DNA of 64,000 nucleotides, taken from Williopsis jadinii (lineage: Eukaryota). Under the pieces are notes generated by a model. That model did no database searches. It worked only from the letters and a program-made list of their open reading frames with translations, and was not told the DNA's origin. The translations under genes and the position numbers were made by a program. How positions within the stretch are numbered: position 1 is the stretch's first letter; every line of letters begins with the position of its first letter. Shown one piece after another: positions 43,167 through 53,846 of the stretch. Location: the NCBI GenBank assembly GCA_024346625.1, contig AP024664.1, positions 3,782,001-3,846,000 of the forward strand. The letters are read 5' to 3'.

Positions 43167-43965
43167 TCAGCTCAGCAGATCACGCTGTCCAAACACTCCA
43201 CCGACGATGTTGATGACGAATTGAAGCGTGAACAGCGTGGTGTCGTCCAATTGGTCCCTGTGGGTGAGTGTCTTCGCCCTCTTCGCCAAATCTCGCAGAA
43301 CACTGACGTCAGAGGCCTCCAAGGGCTCAGATACCCTGGTCATTATGGCGTACATCCATTGCGACAGCCTCTGTGGGATCCGTGGTGATAGCCACTTGGT
43401 TGAGTATATCAGCAGCTTTATCGTGAGCTCGTGGTCCATGTTCGAGACCAACTCCACGGTGGGATCGTGCGTCATCATGTACTGTCTCCACGATGTGAAT
43501 GTCAATGGGAATATGAACCCGGAAGGGATGTCGAGTGTTCCAGCTTCTGGCAGCTGATCCCTCTGTAGTGTAAACTCTTCAACAACTGCTGAATGGAACG
43601 AGTCCACGTCGTTCTGCTGTTCCGTCACGGGCTCCTCTGGGGCCTCTGTAGACTCATCAGGCGTACTCCTCGGCACAAACATCACAGATGAGCTGTTCTC
43701 AGCCTGCTTCCTATACGAGGTTGGTTCCTCAACTGTTAGTCTGTAGTGTTCTAAGGGCTCAATGACACACTCACCTTACAATGGCCAGATACTCCTCTGC
43801 ATTGGTAGGTATGCTGTCCTCGGTGACCCTGTCCAGCACCTCTAGCGATACAGGAAGAGCCCTGTACTGTCCAAAAACAGGGTCCAATTGGCGAGGAGCC
43901 CCGTCTGGCTCTGTCCTTGACTTCTTACTCCGTGTTTTCTGGCTAGATCTCCTTCTCTTTGTCAT
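43167..43965 (-). CDS. BRR1: Brr1/Gemin2-like snRNP biogenesis factor; spliced complement join(43167..43710,43775..43965)
   Basis: 64-nt intron GTGAGT..GACTAAC..TAG joins two ORF-track fragments: DPVFGQYRALP..PTNAEEYLAIVR|KQAE..QWMYA..PL....S.LRDLAK..FGQRDL (Gemin2 signature). Divergent from TFB4 as a neighbour. Confidence 0.85.
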
Positions 43966-44117
43966 TATCTTCCTTCTATTCAGTGGTGTTGTAGCTTGAT
44001 GATGGCCTTGTTTGCTTGATGCCACCACTATCGGGGAAATTTTTCACTTTACTCCCTACAGAGCTCTCCCATCACAGGGAGCACTTCAGACAGAACAACC
44101 TCAGGAACAATAGGGAA

Positions 44118-45304
44118 ATGGACGCCATTGCTGATAAAGCGTTCACCACTGAGAAAGTCTCAAAGTCGTCGAGTGGTACGTGCCTATTTGTTCGTTTCGT
44201 GTCTCCATCTGCGTACTAACCTTCACAGTGGAATCACCCTCTCTGCTGGCTGTGATACTAGACACCAACCCTGTCCAATGGGAGCAATTGGGTGAGAAGG
44301 ATGCTCTAAAGAGGGTCCTACGATCTTTGCTGATCGCCATTAACTCCCACCTGGCTTTGAACAGTGCGAATACCGTGGTTGTCATTGCATCACATACTGA
44401 TGGGGCAAAAGTGATCTTCCCAACAACGTCAGACGACGAACATCATCGCCAACATCAGCATCAACATCAACACCACGGTCAAGGCCAACAACAACATTCT
44501 ACTGAAAAGGAGCAATCTCCAGATTCCGTTTCTCGGTCCGCTACTCCGGCTTCACAGGCGCGTTCTTCAAACGGTAGATCTTTCATCAAGTCCCAGATGT
44601 ACAGACAGTTCAAGCTCGTCGACGACACTTTTATACAGAACCTTGACTCTCTGCTATCGTCAATCCCCTCCACGAAGCCTCCAAAGAACATGCTTTCGAG
44701 CTCTTTGTCATTGGCACTTTCATACATAAACAAGGTGCAGCAGAAGGATTCGCTGGTGAAATCTCGTATACTGATTGTGAACACTTCGCCTGATGAACAC
44801 TTGAAGTACATTCCAATAATGAACTGTATATTCGCTGCTCAAAAGATGAAGATCCCTATCAACGTGTGTCAACTATCTTCGCAGGCAACGTTCTTGCAAC
44901 AAGCTGCAGACGCTACGAACGGTGTGTATCTAAACATTGACAACTTAGATGGTTTGGTGCAGTATTTTGCCACAGCTTTCTTCATCGACCCTTCATTGCG
45001 AAACATCGTCATCAAACCGACAACAAGGGACATCGACTTTAGAGCATCATGCTTCCAGACTGGGAAAGTTGTCGACATTGGGTTTGTCTGCTCTGTATGT
45101 CTTTGCATTCTAAGTGAAATACCAAAGGATGAGAAATGTCCAGCTTGTGATTCAGATTTTGATCATCATGTCATCAACAAGCTAAGACGTAAACCAGCAG
45201 TGCTGGGTAACAGAAAGAAGAAGAGGAAGATCGACCCTGCTCAACAACAACAACAACAACAACGACAAAGTACTACAAGTGCAACACCAACTCCTGCTCC
45301 GTGA
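44118..45304 (+). CDS. TFB4: TFIIH subunit Tfb4; spliced join(44118..44175,44229..45304)
   Basis: 53-nt intron GTACGT..TACTAAC..CAG gives MDAIAD..ESPSLLAVILD; YIPIMNCIFAAQK, FLQQAADATNGVY, C4 finger CSVCLC..CPAC. Confidence 0.95.
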
Positions 45305-45366
45305 TAATGATGGTTTATCATTGTTTATAATACAAAAGAACAACGAAGCACACACATATGTACAGG

Positions 45367-46923
45367 TTATACACCAATTATCACACTTTCAGCCTTTGAA
45401 TAACCGGCAATGACAACATCTCCTGTGATACTCCAATCTAAACTCGTCATGTAGTTTTCGTCCTCACCTTCAGGTACGTCTGGTTGATACTGTGCCACTG
45501 CGTTGATCTTTACACTTCTATCTCCCATGACAATGTCATAAATCGTAACAACACTCTCTGTAGTTCCAATAGCCAATTTTTCACCCCCATTAGGCGATAA
45601 TGACGCAAACAATATCGGTACTCCATCGGTGAATTCCATGGTTATTTGTTGGCCGGTTAATGCTTCCCATACCCTGACAGTGGCATCTAGAGAACAACTT
45701 AGGATCAACTTATCATTCAGCCAGTCTGCGAACGTTATAGGTTGTGAGTGTCCCAATAACACGTGTGTACTGTTGAAATTGCCACCATCCCATATTCTCA
45801 TGGAACGATCATCAGATGCGGTTAACAACAACTTATTGTTTGAGTTGAACTTCATTACAGATATTGCCTTGGAATGGCCAATTAGCGTACCAATTGGTGA
45901 GTGTTGACCCAGCTCGAAAACCAAGGCAGAACCGTTGAACCCAGGAATGATGAATTTTGAGTCGTCAATCCACGTGGAATCAACACCCATTGCAACTATC
46001 TGGTCCTGACCTGTAGGCGTTGTCAGTGTCGTGTCAGGCTTCAGAGTATCAATGGTCTGTTTAACATGACCTGACAGTGAGTCCCAAATAATAGAGACGT
46101 TAGTTGTGTCTGTGGTCAATATTGAACTGCCATCGGGACTCCATTCTATAAGCACCACTGGTGACTGGTGTTGAACCATAACATTTCGTAGCTTACCATC
46201 AGCAGACCACAATCTCAACTCGCCGCTTTCCACTGCGGTAATGAGTAAATCGCCATTTGGTGACCAGGCCAATGAGCAGACATCACCAGAATTTATGTTT
46301 CTATCTGTAAAGGTCTTTAATGGATGGTTCAAAAGCACCGTCTTCTCCTCTCCTTGGTACAGCACTTTAATCTTCGCCCTTGCCTCTGTCAATCCATACG
46401 CCAGCACACTCGACGACTTTGGATTTGTTGACAACGACAGCGTTGGTTCACCGAATCCAAGTTTCTTCTGTAGTATTTTGATGAACCCTGGTGAGTTCTC
46501 CCTATCACCGTCCTTATCCATGTTTACATCCTTACCGTCACTTACGCTGTTCCCACCGCGGTTGGCGTCACCACCACTGCTACCGCTACCGTTACCGTTT
46601 TCTCCAACTCTTTCTCTATTTGGCTCAACACCGTTCAGCGCAATGTCAACACCCAAAGCGTTGAACAGATTTATCTTGTCGCTGTTGAAACTGACAACAC
46701 CTTTATCTCTACCATTCGGCTCAATCAGCTGATCAGTTAGCGAGTACAATATCCCCTTCTGTACCAAGTTCACCAACGAGCCCATGGGCACTTGTTTACC
46801 GTACTTAGTATCAAAGTCATAAACAGACGTTTCATCCAACAACGCCAATGACGAGACCTCTAGCCCTCTTTCTTGTAAGTATCTCCAGATGAGATAGTTC
46901 AGCTCTTCTGAGGTTAGTGACAT
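45367..46923 (-). CDS. SIF2: LisH-WD40 subunit of the Set3 complex (Sif2/TBL1)
   Basis: MSLTSEELNYLIWRYLQE LisH, SLVNLVQKGILY, multiple WD40 repeats. Confidence 0.93.
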   Translation of the reverse strand: MSLTSEELNYLIWRYLQERGLEVSSLALLDETSVYDFDTKYGKQVPMGSLVNLVQKGILYSLTDQLIEPNGRDKGVVSFNSDKINLFNALGVDIALNGVEPNRERVGENGNGSGSSGGDANRGGNSVSDGKDVNMDKDGDRENSPGFIKILQKKLGFGEPTLSLSTNPKSSSVLAYGLTEARAKIKVLYQGEEKTVLLNHPLKTFTDRNINSGDVCSLAWSPNGDLLITAVESGELRLWSADGKLRNVMVQHQSPVVLIEWSPDGSSILTTDTTNVSIIWDSLSGHVKQTIDTLKPDTTLTTPTGQDQIVAMGVDSTWIDDSKFIIPGFNGSALVFELGQHSPIGTLIGHSKAISVMKFNSNNKLLLTASDDRSMRIWDGGNFNSTHVLLGHSQPITFADWLNDKLILSCSLDATVRVWEALTGQQITMEFTDGVPILFASLSPNGGEKLAIGTTESVVTIYDIVMGDRSVKINAVAQYQPDVPEGEDENYMTSLDWSITGDVVIAGYSKAESVIIGV

Positions 46924-46967
46924 CCTTTTTCCGTTGCCTTTCTTCCTCAGCTGTGTGTGCCGCCGTA

Positions 46968-46968
46968 G

Positions 46969-47021
<53 letters not shown>
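46968..47021. repeat. (GTT)18 microsatellite
   Basis: Perfect trinucleotide run in the 201-bp divergent SIF2/MCO14 intergenic region. Confidence 0.95.
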
Positions 47022-47124
47022 GGGCTTCTTGTTTGTGGGTTTTTGTGGTGTTTTGTTTTTTTCCCTTTCAATTTCTCCCACCTCCGCCAAATCAAAACAT
47101 TGACAAAGAACAAAGTGGAAAGGA

Positions 47125-47436
47125 ATGTACAACAAGATCACCAAACAGGCCGCACAGAGGCTTTCACAGGCAGACATAAAGACGCATTTGACCAAACTGC
47201 CCGGGTGGACCTTGAAGGATGGCTCGATAACAAAAGACTTCGAACTGAAAGACTTTGAGAAGACCTGGTCATTTCTGAACAGAGTTGCAATGCGTAGCCA
47301 TCTATGGGGGCATCATCCAACAATACTCACAACGTATAACAAAGTGTGCATCACTTTGACTACGCATGATATTGGTGGTGTATCTGATATCGATGTCAAG
47401 TTGGCAAAGAGGATCAACGGGTACGAACACGACTGA
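47125..47436 (+). CDS. MCO14: Pterin-4-alpha-carbinolamine dehydratase family (Mco14)
   Basis: MYNKI.., FEKTWSFLNRVAMRSHLWGHHPTI.TTYN.V...LTTHD.GGVSDIDVKLAKRI. Confidence 0.9.
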   Translation: MYNKITKQAAQRLSQADIKTHLTKLPGWTLKDGSITKDFELKDFEKTWSFLNRVAMRSHLWGHHPTILTTYNKVCITLTTHDIGGVSDIDVKLAKRINGYEHD

Positions 47437-47669
47437 CGGAAGGCGACTACAAACCGTAAAACAAGAGTAACGATGCTGAAGCGCCATGATAATGGATTAA
47501 GATGGTAAGGAAGAATAACAATAGCAATTACCTGTAATTAACCAACCGAATGAATTATTAACGATATAAATGAATTAAAACCAATGCAAGGATTGATGTA
47601 CACCCTGCCAAACTCCGAAGTATTAAATGCAATGACCATATCTATGTGTGTCGGTATCCCTCATCAGAT

Positions 47670-48386
47670 CTAATGTCTGTTCTCCCTTTGAGCTTTGAGT
47701 CTCTCTTCAAATTTGTTGAACTCGACTTCCGCCAGGTTGATCACTTCCTCAACTTCTTCAACGTAGTGGCTCAACATGCTTTGGATTCCAGCCTTTAGAG
47801 TGTCATCGCTTAAAGAGCAGCTCGTACATGCACCCTGGAGTTGAACGTATACTTTACCATCGTGATATCTCAAGAATACGATATCACCACCATCTTCTTG
47901 AATTGCAGGTCTGATTCTTGTTTCGATGAGCTCTGCAACTTCCTCGCTGATCTCCTGCTCCTCCTCTGTGAGGAATCCACGTGCATCCTCAGGCAATGCC
48001 CCCGTTTGGAATCTTTCAACTTGTTTCAGATCAATGATTGGCTCCTTCTTAGTCAGATGGGACTCCAAAATTGATTCAACCACCGGCTTGACCTGGTTCC
48101 AGTGTGCAAATTCGTTCTTGTTCACTGTGATGAAGTTGCTTCCAATGAGCACGTTATCAACATCAGAAGAGTATTCAAAGATCTTTGCTGCCAACGGACT
48201 TTGTGCCTGGTTAAGCACGTTGATCTGGTAAGAAGAGTTTGGATCGTCAAGGATCTGTCTATCAACTTGAAACTTGAGCGCGTTCTCATTAGGAGTCGTC
48301 AACGCCTTTATAGATAGGAGACGTGCAAAGTTCAGTCTGTTTGTTTGTGTGATTGGTGCCTTAATTGTTCTAAGTGTTGCGAACAT
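47670..48386 (-). CDS. NFU1: Mitochondrial Fe-S carrier Nfu1
   Basis: TTPNENALKF, IETRIRPAIQEDGGDI, LQGACTSC; presequence. Confidence 0.95.
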   Translation of the reverse strand: MFATLRTIKAPITQTNRLNFARLLSIKALTTPNENALKFQVDRQILDDPNSSYQINVLNQAQSPLAAKIFEYSSDVDNVLIGSNFITVNKNEFAHWNQVKPVVESILESHLTKKEPIIDLKQVERFQTGALPEDARGFLTEEEQEISEEVAELIETRIRPAIQEDGGDIVFLRYHDGKVYVQLQGACTSCSLSDDTLKAGIQSMLSHYVEEVEEVINLAEVEFNKFEERLKAQRENRH

Positions 48387-48672
48387 TGTGCTATGACTGT
48401 TTTATGAATATGGGGGAAATTGAATAGAGGAGAGTAGTGGTAAGGGTGAGCAGTCCTTATAAATGTAGAGGGGAAGATAGGAGCTCAGCTTGGTCTTATA
48501 TCAAATACCAAATTTCTAGAACTGCAGCGGAAAAACTGCGGCAACCTTCGTCACAAAGTGTCACGTAAAGTGTTGCCGCTACCGTGAATTATTATTTCTT
48601 TTCGCGGTGATTGGGTGTTGTGCTTTCCCGAGCTTCGGCTTTGGAAGAGAGGGTATGAATTCAGATTTCTGA

Positions 48673-48736
48673 GGTGTTTGGGTGTTACGGTGTTTGGGTG
48701 TCGCGGTGTTTGGATGTTAGGGTGTTCTGATGTACT
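48673..48736. repeat. Degenerate 8-bp tandem array (GGTGTTTG-like x8); Rap1-site/telomere-like
   Basis: GGTGTTTG GGTGTTAC GGTGTTTG GGTGTCGC GGTGTTTG GATGTTAG GGTGTTCT GATGTACT. Confidence 0.75.
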
Positions 48737-48822
48737 TTCCCCCTACCAGTGTATACAAAACGCTGTCTGGTTTAATTACCCACTTTCGAAGGCCCGTTGT
48801 TTCCCCTGTGCACCAGTTCAAG

Positions 48823-49434
48823 ATGAAGTTCTGTATACCTAAGCCGCTTGTTGAGCATTTAGACTCCATTCCTCAAGGGTCCGTTATCAAGGAGAGGGGC
48901 TGGATCACAACAAATGATTTGCTCTACATTCAAAAGAAATACCTTCGACATGTACCATTATCAATATTGTTGAAAGGACTTGAACCATATTTCGATTCAA
49001 AGCCAAAGAAACGGAACTATTCCCCTGAGTTCCAGGCTCAATTGGACAAACTACGTCTCAAATTGGAAGAGGATGAATACCAACAAATGGTGAATCGCGG
49101 GAAGACCAAATTGGAGGGAGACGATACCTATAAATCCCCTGCTCAGGTGTGGAAAGAGGTGAACTCGTACATCACCAATATTATAAATGTCCTTGTTACG
49201 GTATTCGCTGTTGTATGGGCGCTCTGGACATGGACATCTTATAATCCGACTGTTTTCAAGCTGCATTATAGAGTGCTCATATGCTTTTTTGGTGGATTGT
49301 TGGCTTTGGTGGCGGATGTCGTTGTATTGAATGCCTTTTTCAGAAAGATTAACGAGGCCAAGAGCAAAGAAAGGAATAAGATAGAGATTAAAAAGGTTAT
49401 AGATACTGTTATTATAAAGAAGAAGTCGGATTAG
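48823..49434 (+). CDS. VPH2: V-ATPase assembly factor Vma12/Vph2
   Basis: YSPEFQAQLDKLR...EEDEYQQMV, KEVNSYITNIINVLVTV, two TMs, C-terminal dilysine ER-retrieval signal; likely ATG at 48823. Confidence 0.85.
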   Translation: MKFCIPKPLVEHLDSIPQGSVIKERGWITTNDLLYIQKKYLRHVPLSILLKGLEPYFDSKPKKRNYSPEFQAQLDKLRLKLEEDEYQQMVNRGKTKLEGDDTYKSPAQVWKEVNSYITNIINVLVTVFAVVWALWTWTSYNPTVFKLHYRVLICFFGGLLALVADVVVLNAFFRKINEAKSKERNKIEIKKVIDTVIIKKKSD

Positions 49435-49482
49435 CTCGGGAATATGGCAATCATACGTTTTATGCAAATCAGAAGGGAAAGT

Positions 49483-50412
49483 TTACCGTTTCCCCAAGAC
49501 TGAAACAAACGGTGGGTGTGGCGGTAATCTGTGAAGCTCAGTCTGTTTCCTTGGTTCATCTTCAACGTAATTGATCATGGAACTTGTATATGAATTCAAC
49601 TTGTCAACAGCTAGCTGTGCGCTTTCGAAGTAGCCATACTTGACCAAGATGGCATAGAAATGGTACGATGTGAAGCTTGGCCAATAAACATTCAAGAACT
49701 CTATATGAGAGTCCTGACAAACTTGCCACATGAGGAAATCACTTAGCCTTGTGTGTCCACTGGTTCTTATTAACAAATTCACGGGTGGTGTTTCAGGGCC
49801 AAAATAAAAGTTGTTATAAATGGCGATTTCATCGATATCAACCCGTGTGGTCTCATGGTTCACGAATTTATCAACCAATACCCCCACTGAATGCGATATT
49901 TCATCTCTTGATGTATAAGCAAAGCAAACGTTCAATACCAATTTCGTGTTATTCTGCGTGATCTTTTCGATGTTTTCCAACCTGTACAATGTTTCAGGTG
50001 GAATCAAAGACTTGTTCCCAATAATTCTAATTCTTACCGCCGGTGCCTTATCAACTCTTTCTCTGTGCTCTAAGAATGTGTCCAACCGCTCCACGAGTAA
50101 ACTGAACAACAGATCAACTTCTTCCTTGCTTCTGTTGAAGTTTTCGATGGAGAACGCGTATATTGAGAGATGTCTGATCCCCAACTGTAACGACACATCA
50201 ACGATCTCCAATAGCGTGGCGCTTCCTGCTTCATGTCCGCCTTGAGTTGGTAAACCATTTGTTTTGGCGTACCGCCGGTTACCATCCATGATAAGCGCAA
50301 CGTGTTCTGGAACCGTCCCTGTGGCAAGCATATTGGCAATTGCCTTCCTTGTGAAATTGTTAAGCCAGACCACTGGTGAACTGTTCGTGACAAACGCTGG
50401 TATTAGTTTCAT
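49483..50412 (-). CDS. SRT1: cis-prenyltransferase (dehydrodolichyl-PP synthase), SRT1-like
   Basis: PEHVALIMDGNRRYA, YAFSIENFNR, LLIRTSGHTRLSDFLMWQ; C-terminal PP.VSVLG resembles Srt1 rather than Rer2. Confidence 0.8.
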   Translation of the reverse strand: MKLIPAFVTNSSPVVWLNNFTRKAIANMLATGTVPEHVALIMDGNRRYAKTNGLPTQGGHEAGSATLLEIVDVSLQLGIRHLSIYAFSIENFNRSKEEVDLLFSLLVERLDTFLEHRERVDKAPAVRIRIIGNKSLIPPETLYRLENIEKITQNNTKLVLNVCFAYTSRDEISHSVGVLVDKFVNHETTRVDIDEIAIYNNFYFGPETPPVNLLIRTSGHTRLSDFLMWQVCQDSHIEFLNVYWPSFTSYHFYAILVKYGYFESAQLAVDKLNSYTSSMINYVEDEPRKQTELHRLPPHPPFVSVLGKR

Positions 50413-51591
50413 ATCGTATTGGCTACTTCTACACTTCAGTTCAGTAGATTTATAACTGAATAACTGGAATTTGAGAGAGAATAATCACCAAGTAGAAGAA
50501 CAAATAAGGAGAAAATCGACAATTGATTGTGGTATTTCTTGTAGATAACACATTAGAGACATGTCTATTTGTCCAAAGGTTTGTATGGTGACACATTGTC
50601 CAAAGGACTTGTCTGAAGGGACAAAGACAGTTAGGATCTGCAACACCATGCAACGTTTAAAGTTGACTAAAAGGTTATCATACATGTCTGAACAGTTAGC
50701 GAAAAGTTGTATGTAGGTCTCCAGTCCCTTGTTTCGGTGTTAAACGTGTGTCCATTCATGAGGTTTGAAGGTTGATCTCATGGCTACTTTCGGATCAACA
50801 GTTGTTGGTGTTGGTGATTAACTAAGACCAGGACAGGTCAATTCCGACAGTTAATGCCTTGAGCAGTGATGAATAGTTTAAATAAAGAATGAATGTTTAA
50901 AAGGGCACGGGAGCATGGAGGTCTATGTTGCTGTTTATACTAATGACTATTGGCTAAGAGAACTAACTCCTTGAGTCATCCTTCGGAAGCACTCCAAAAC
51001 GTTTACGCTTATCGCATTACCATCGGTATCAATTCCTAATCTTGTTGATAAATTTTCAATGAGTCCCTAGGCACTATGATGAGAAATGGTGGGCGGTGTA
51101 TGTGCCCCCCCTCCCACTGCTAAAAGAGCTGGGTTCTTGTTTCCCCCAGAAATATACCACAGCCGTGTATAACTGTTGGGTCTAAAGCTTGAGCCAATGG
51201 TGGATAATTGCCACTGTATCCTTTCTAAATGATTTGTAGCATATAAATCCTACATTGGGCATCGACAGATACCATAAGCCAATACATCACCCATTCTGAT
51301 CCACTAGTAAATGCATATATCGCTCTTCAACACATATGCGAGTAAACACAGATAACCATGACAATGCAGGGAAAACTGACGCATCCCCAAACATTAAAGA
51401 CACATCCGGACACCACGATTAACCGCCTGTTTTTTATTTGTTGTTGTTGTTTTCTCAAAAACTGGGAAAATTACCCTTTTGAGCTTTGTTTGTTTTTCTT
51501 TCCAGATCGTGCTACTTTTTTTCTCAATTTGTGTTTTGTTACTCACCAAATACCACCATCGTTTGTTCAAGGTTGAGTACGCTGAGTATAA

Positions 51592-53442
51592 ATGGCAACT
51601 TTTAAGACACCGAAGAAGACAGGCTCTGCGATCTCTTCAAGCGTTTCGTCAACGCCGCTTGTTAGCGAATCCGTGGATCCGGCGGAGTCGCGTAAACGTC
51701 AATCTAAACGTGATGAGGCCATCCGTCGTCGTTTGGAGAACGACTTCAGTAAGAAGAGATTGACAAAGACATCAAGCTCCAAGAAACGTTCCAAACATGG
51801 CTCAGCACCGGGTTCCGTTCTGTCTCTGAAACCTTCTGACGCTGTTGTCTGTAAACCTACGTACACTGCAGCAGAAGCTGCACAGCTGATGAGTGCCAAA
51901 CGTGAGAATTGTATTCTTGTTGTCGACGATGAAGAGCAACTCTTGGGTATCTTTACTGCAAAGGATTTGGCCTTCAGAGTTGTCGGTAAAGGTGTCAATG
52001 CCAGTGGTGTCACGATCGATCAAATCATGACGCCTAATCCAATGTGTGCCAAATCGGATACCCCGGCTTCGGAAGCTTTGAACTTGATGGTACAGAGAGG
52101 ATTTAGACATTTACCTGTTATTGATGACAATAACTCCATTGTTGGTGTTCTGGATATCACCAAATGCTACCAAGAGGCAATGGAGAAACTGGAGAGAATG
52201 TACGAAAGTTCTAAAAAATTACATGATGCCTTGGAAGGTGTCCACATGGAAATTGGTGTATCACAACAACCACTGCATGTGATGAAATACTTTGAAAGCT
52301 TGAAATCTGTAATGTCCGGTCCAACTTTGGAATCAGTGTTGGACTCAAACACTCTTCCATGCTACGTTAACGTCAAAACGACGGTTTTTGACGCTGCAGT
52401 TATGATGAAGGAAAACCACACCACTGCAGTCTTGGTGAAAGATGCCAATGAAGTCGTGACAGGTATCTTCACATCGAAAGATGTCGTTCTCAGGGTTATT
52501 GCTGCGGGTCTCAACCCAAAGAATGTCAGTGTCATAAGGGTTATGACCGCACAACCGGATGTTGCACCAAAGGAGCTCAGTATACAAGCCGCATTGAGAA
52601 AGATGTTTGACGGACACTACTTGAACTTACCAGTGGTTGATCACAACGAGATCATTGGTATTGTGGAAGTGTTGAAGTTGACGTATGCAACTCTCGAACA
52701 GATCTCAATGATGAAATCTGCAGATGACGAAGAAAGCTCGAACGCCGAAGGCCCAGCTTGGAATAAATTTTGGACTTCGCTGGATAACGATACCGAGTCG
52801 GTTCACTCCAATTCTCAACTTGATAGTGGCTCCAACTTGGTTCCAGATATCAGTCAATCTGAAATCAACCAATTCTCCCTTGCACATGACAACCTGGCAC
52901 CAGGGGACTCCATCAGTGTGACAAATGAAACACAAAGTGCTTCTAACGCTTTACAACAACAGGACTTTAAAGAGATACCATTCACATTCAAATTCACATC
53001 ACCAAGTGGTAGAGTCCATAGAATTAGCGTGAAGCCTATCGACGGTACTGAGGTGTTTAGAGATGCAATCATCGCCAAGTTGAAGAAACCTGAACTGGAA
53101 GAGCTCAACCATGAATCCTTTGCAATCAGTTACATAGACGATGAGGGCGACATCGTTGCCATCACTTCTGACCAAGACCTCATTGACTGTGTGTTAATCA
53201 ACAAGGGCTTGAGATTGGACAAAGCCGATATCTTCATCCACCATCCAGATGACCACATTGACTTGGATGAATACCATCAGAAGAAACAGCTCAAGTCTGG
53301 CAAACCTGTGGTCAATGGAAACAACGACGGCACAGCTGGTCAAATCGTTCCAGGCTTGACCAATGAGCTACTGATTGGTGGAATCGCTGTGTTTGCCGGG
53401 ACTGCTGTTGCCTTGGCGTTCATACTCGGTAAGAAGTCTTGA
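51592..53442 (+). CDS. 4xCBS + PB1 domain protein with C-terminal TM (S. pombe mug70-like)
   Basis: GIFTAKDLAFRVV, GFRHLPV, GIFTSKDVVLRV, YLNLPVV CBS repeats; FKF.SPSGRVHR..ISYIDDEGD PB1; tail anchor. Confidence 0.88.
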   Translation: MATFKTPKKTGSAISSSVSSTPLVSESVDPAESRKRQSKRDEAIRRRLENDFSKKRLTKTSSSKKRSKHGSAPGSVLSLKPSDAVVCKPTYTAAEAAQLMSAKRENCILVVDDEEQLLGIFTAKDLAFRVVGKGVNASGVTIDQIMTPNPMCAKSDTPASEALNLMVQRGFRHLPVIDDNNSIVGVLDITKCYQEAMEKLERMYESSKKLHDALEGVHMEIGVSQQPLHVMKYFESLKSVMSGPTLESVLDSNTLPCYVNVKTTVFDAAVMMKENHTTAVLVKDANEVVTGIFTSKDVVLRVIAAGLNPKNVSVIRVMTAQPDVAPKELSIQAALRKMFDGHYLNLPVVDHNEIIGIVEVLKLTYATLEQISMMKSADDEESSNAEGPAWNKFWTSLDNDTESVHSNSQLDSGSNLVPDISQSEINQFSLAHDNLAPGDSISVTNETQSASNALQQQDFKEIPFTFKFTSPSGRVHRISVKPIDGTEVFRDAIIAKLKKPELEELNHESFAISYIDDEGDIVAITSDQDLIDCVLINKGLRLDKADIFIHHPDDHIDLDEYHQKKQLKSGKPVVNGNNDGTAGQIVPGLTNELLIGGIAVFAGTAVALAFILGKKS

Positions 53443-53846
53443 AATGCCATCGCTACGTGCTACAGCTAAGCGTGCGATATGGACGTGCCTGTTTCCGTGT
53501 ATGGGTTTTTATTTAGGTCTTTGGCGTGGTGTTTTACCTGATTCCTATTGACTGTACATCATGAATGATACGTATCTCTCTGTAAAGCTTCTAAAAGTGT
53601 GTCTTCCCAGCTTGACTCTCCGAGCCATTTGCTATACGTGGTAACTCACACGTCTACCACCTCTTATCTCAATGTGGCCTGGACGGCAATGGGCGCGCCC
53701 GTCTTTTCTACCATGTGTCTCATGGCGATGTCCAACGGCCTATGTACGTCTTCCACACAAGACACTTGAAACTAAACCTACAATCGTTGGCGAAAAGCCG
53801 GAAACCAAAATCACGCCCTTTTTCGCCAATCAGCTATACGATGACC

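Noticed and set aside
46832..47258. Poly-T/V/C/N ORFs
   Set aside because: Artefacts of translating the (GTT)18 microsatellite.
48514..48521. TTCTAGAA upstream of NFU1 as a heat-shock element
   Set aside because: Only two nGAAn units with no third; too weak to call.
50613..50700. Minus-strand splice-like signals GCTAAC..CAG|ACAT|GTATGA..CCTAAC..CAG suggesting a micro-exon gene
   Set aside because: No good upstream donor for the first acceptor and no recognisable ORF after splicing; kept only as context for the ncRNA candidate.
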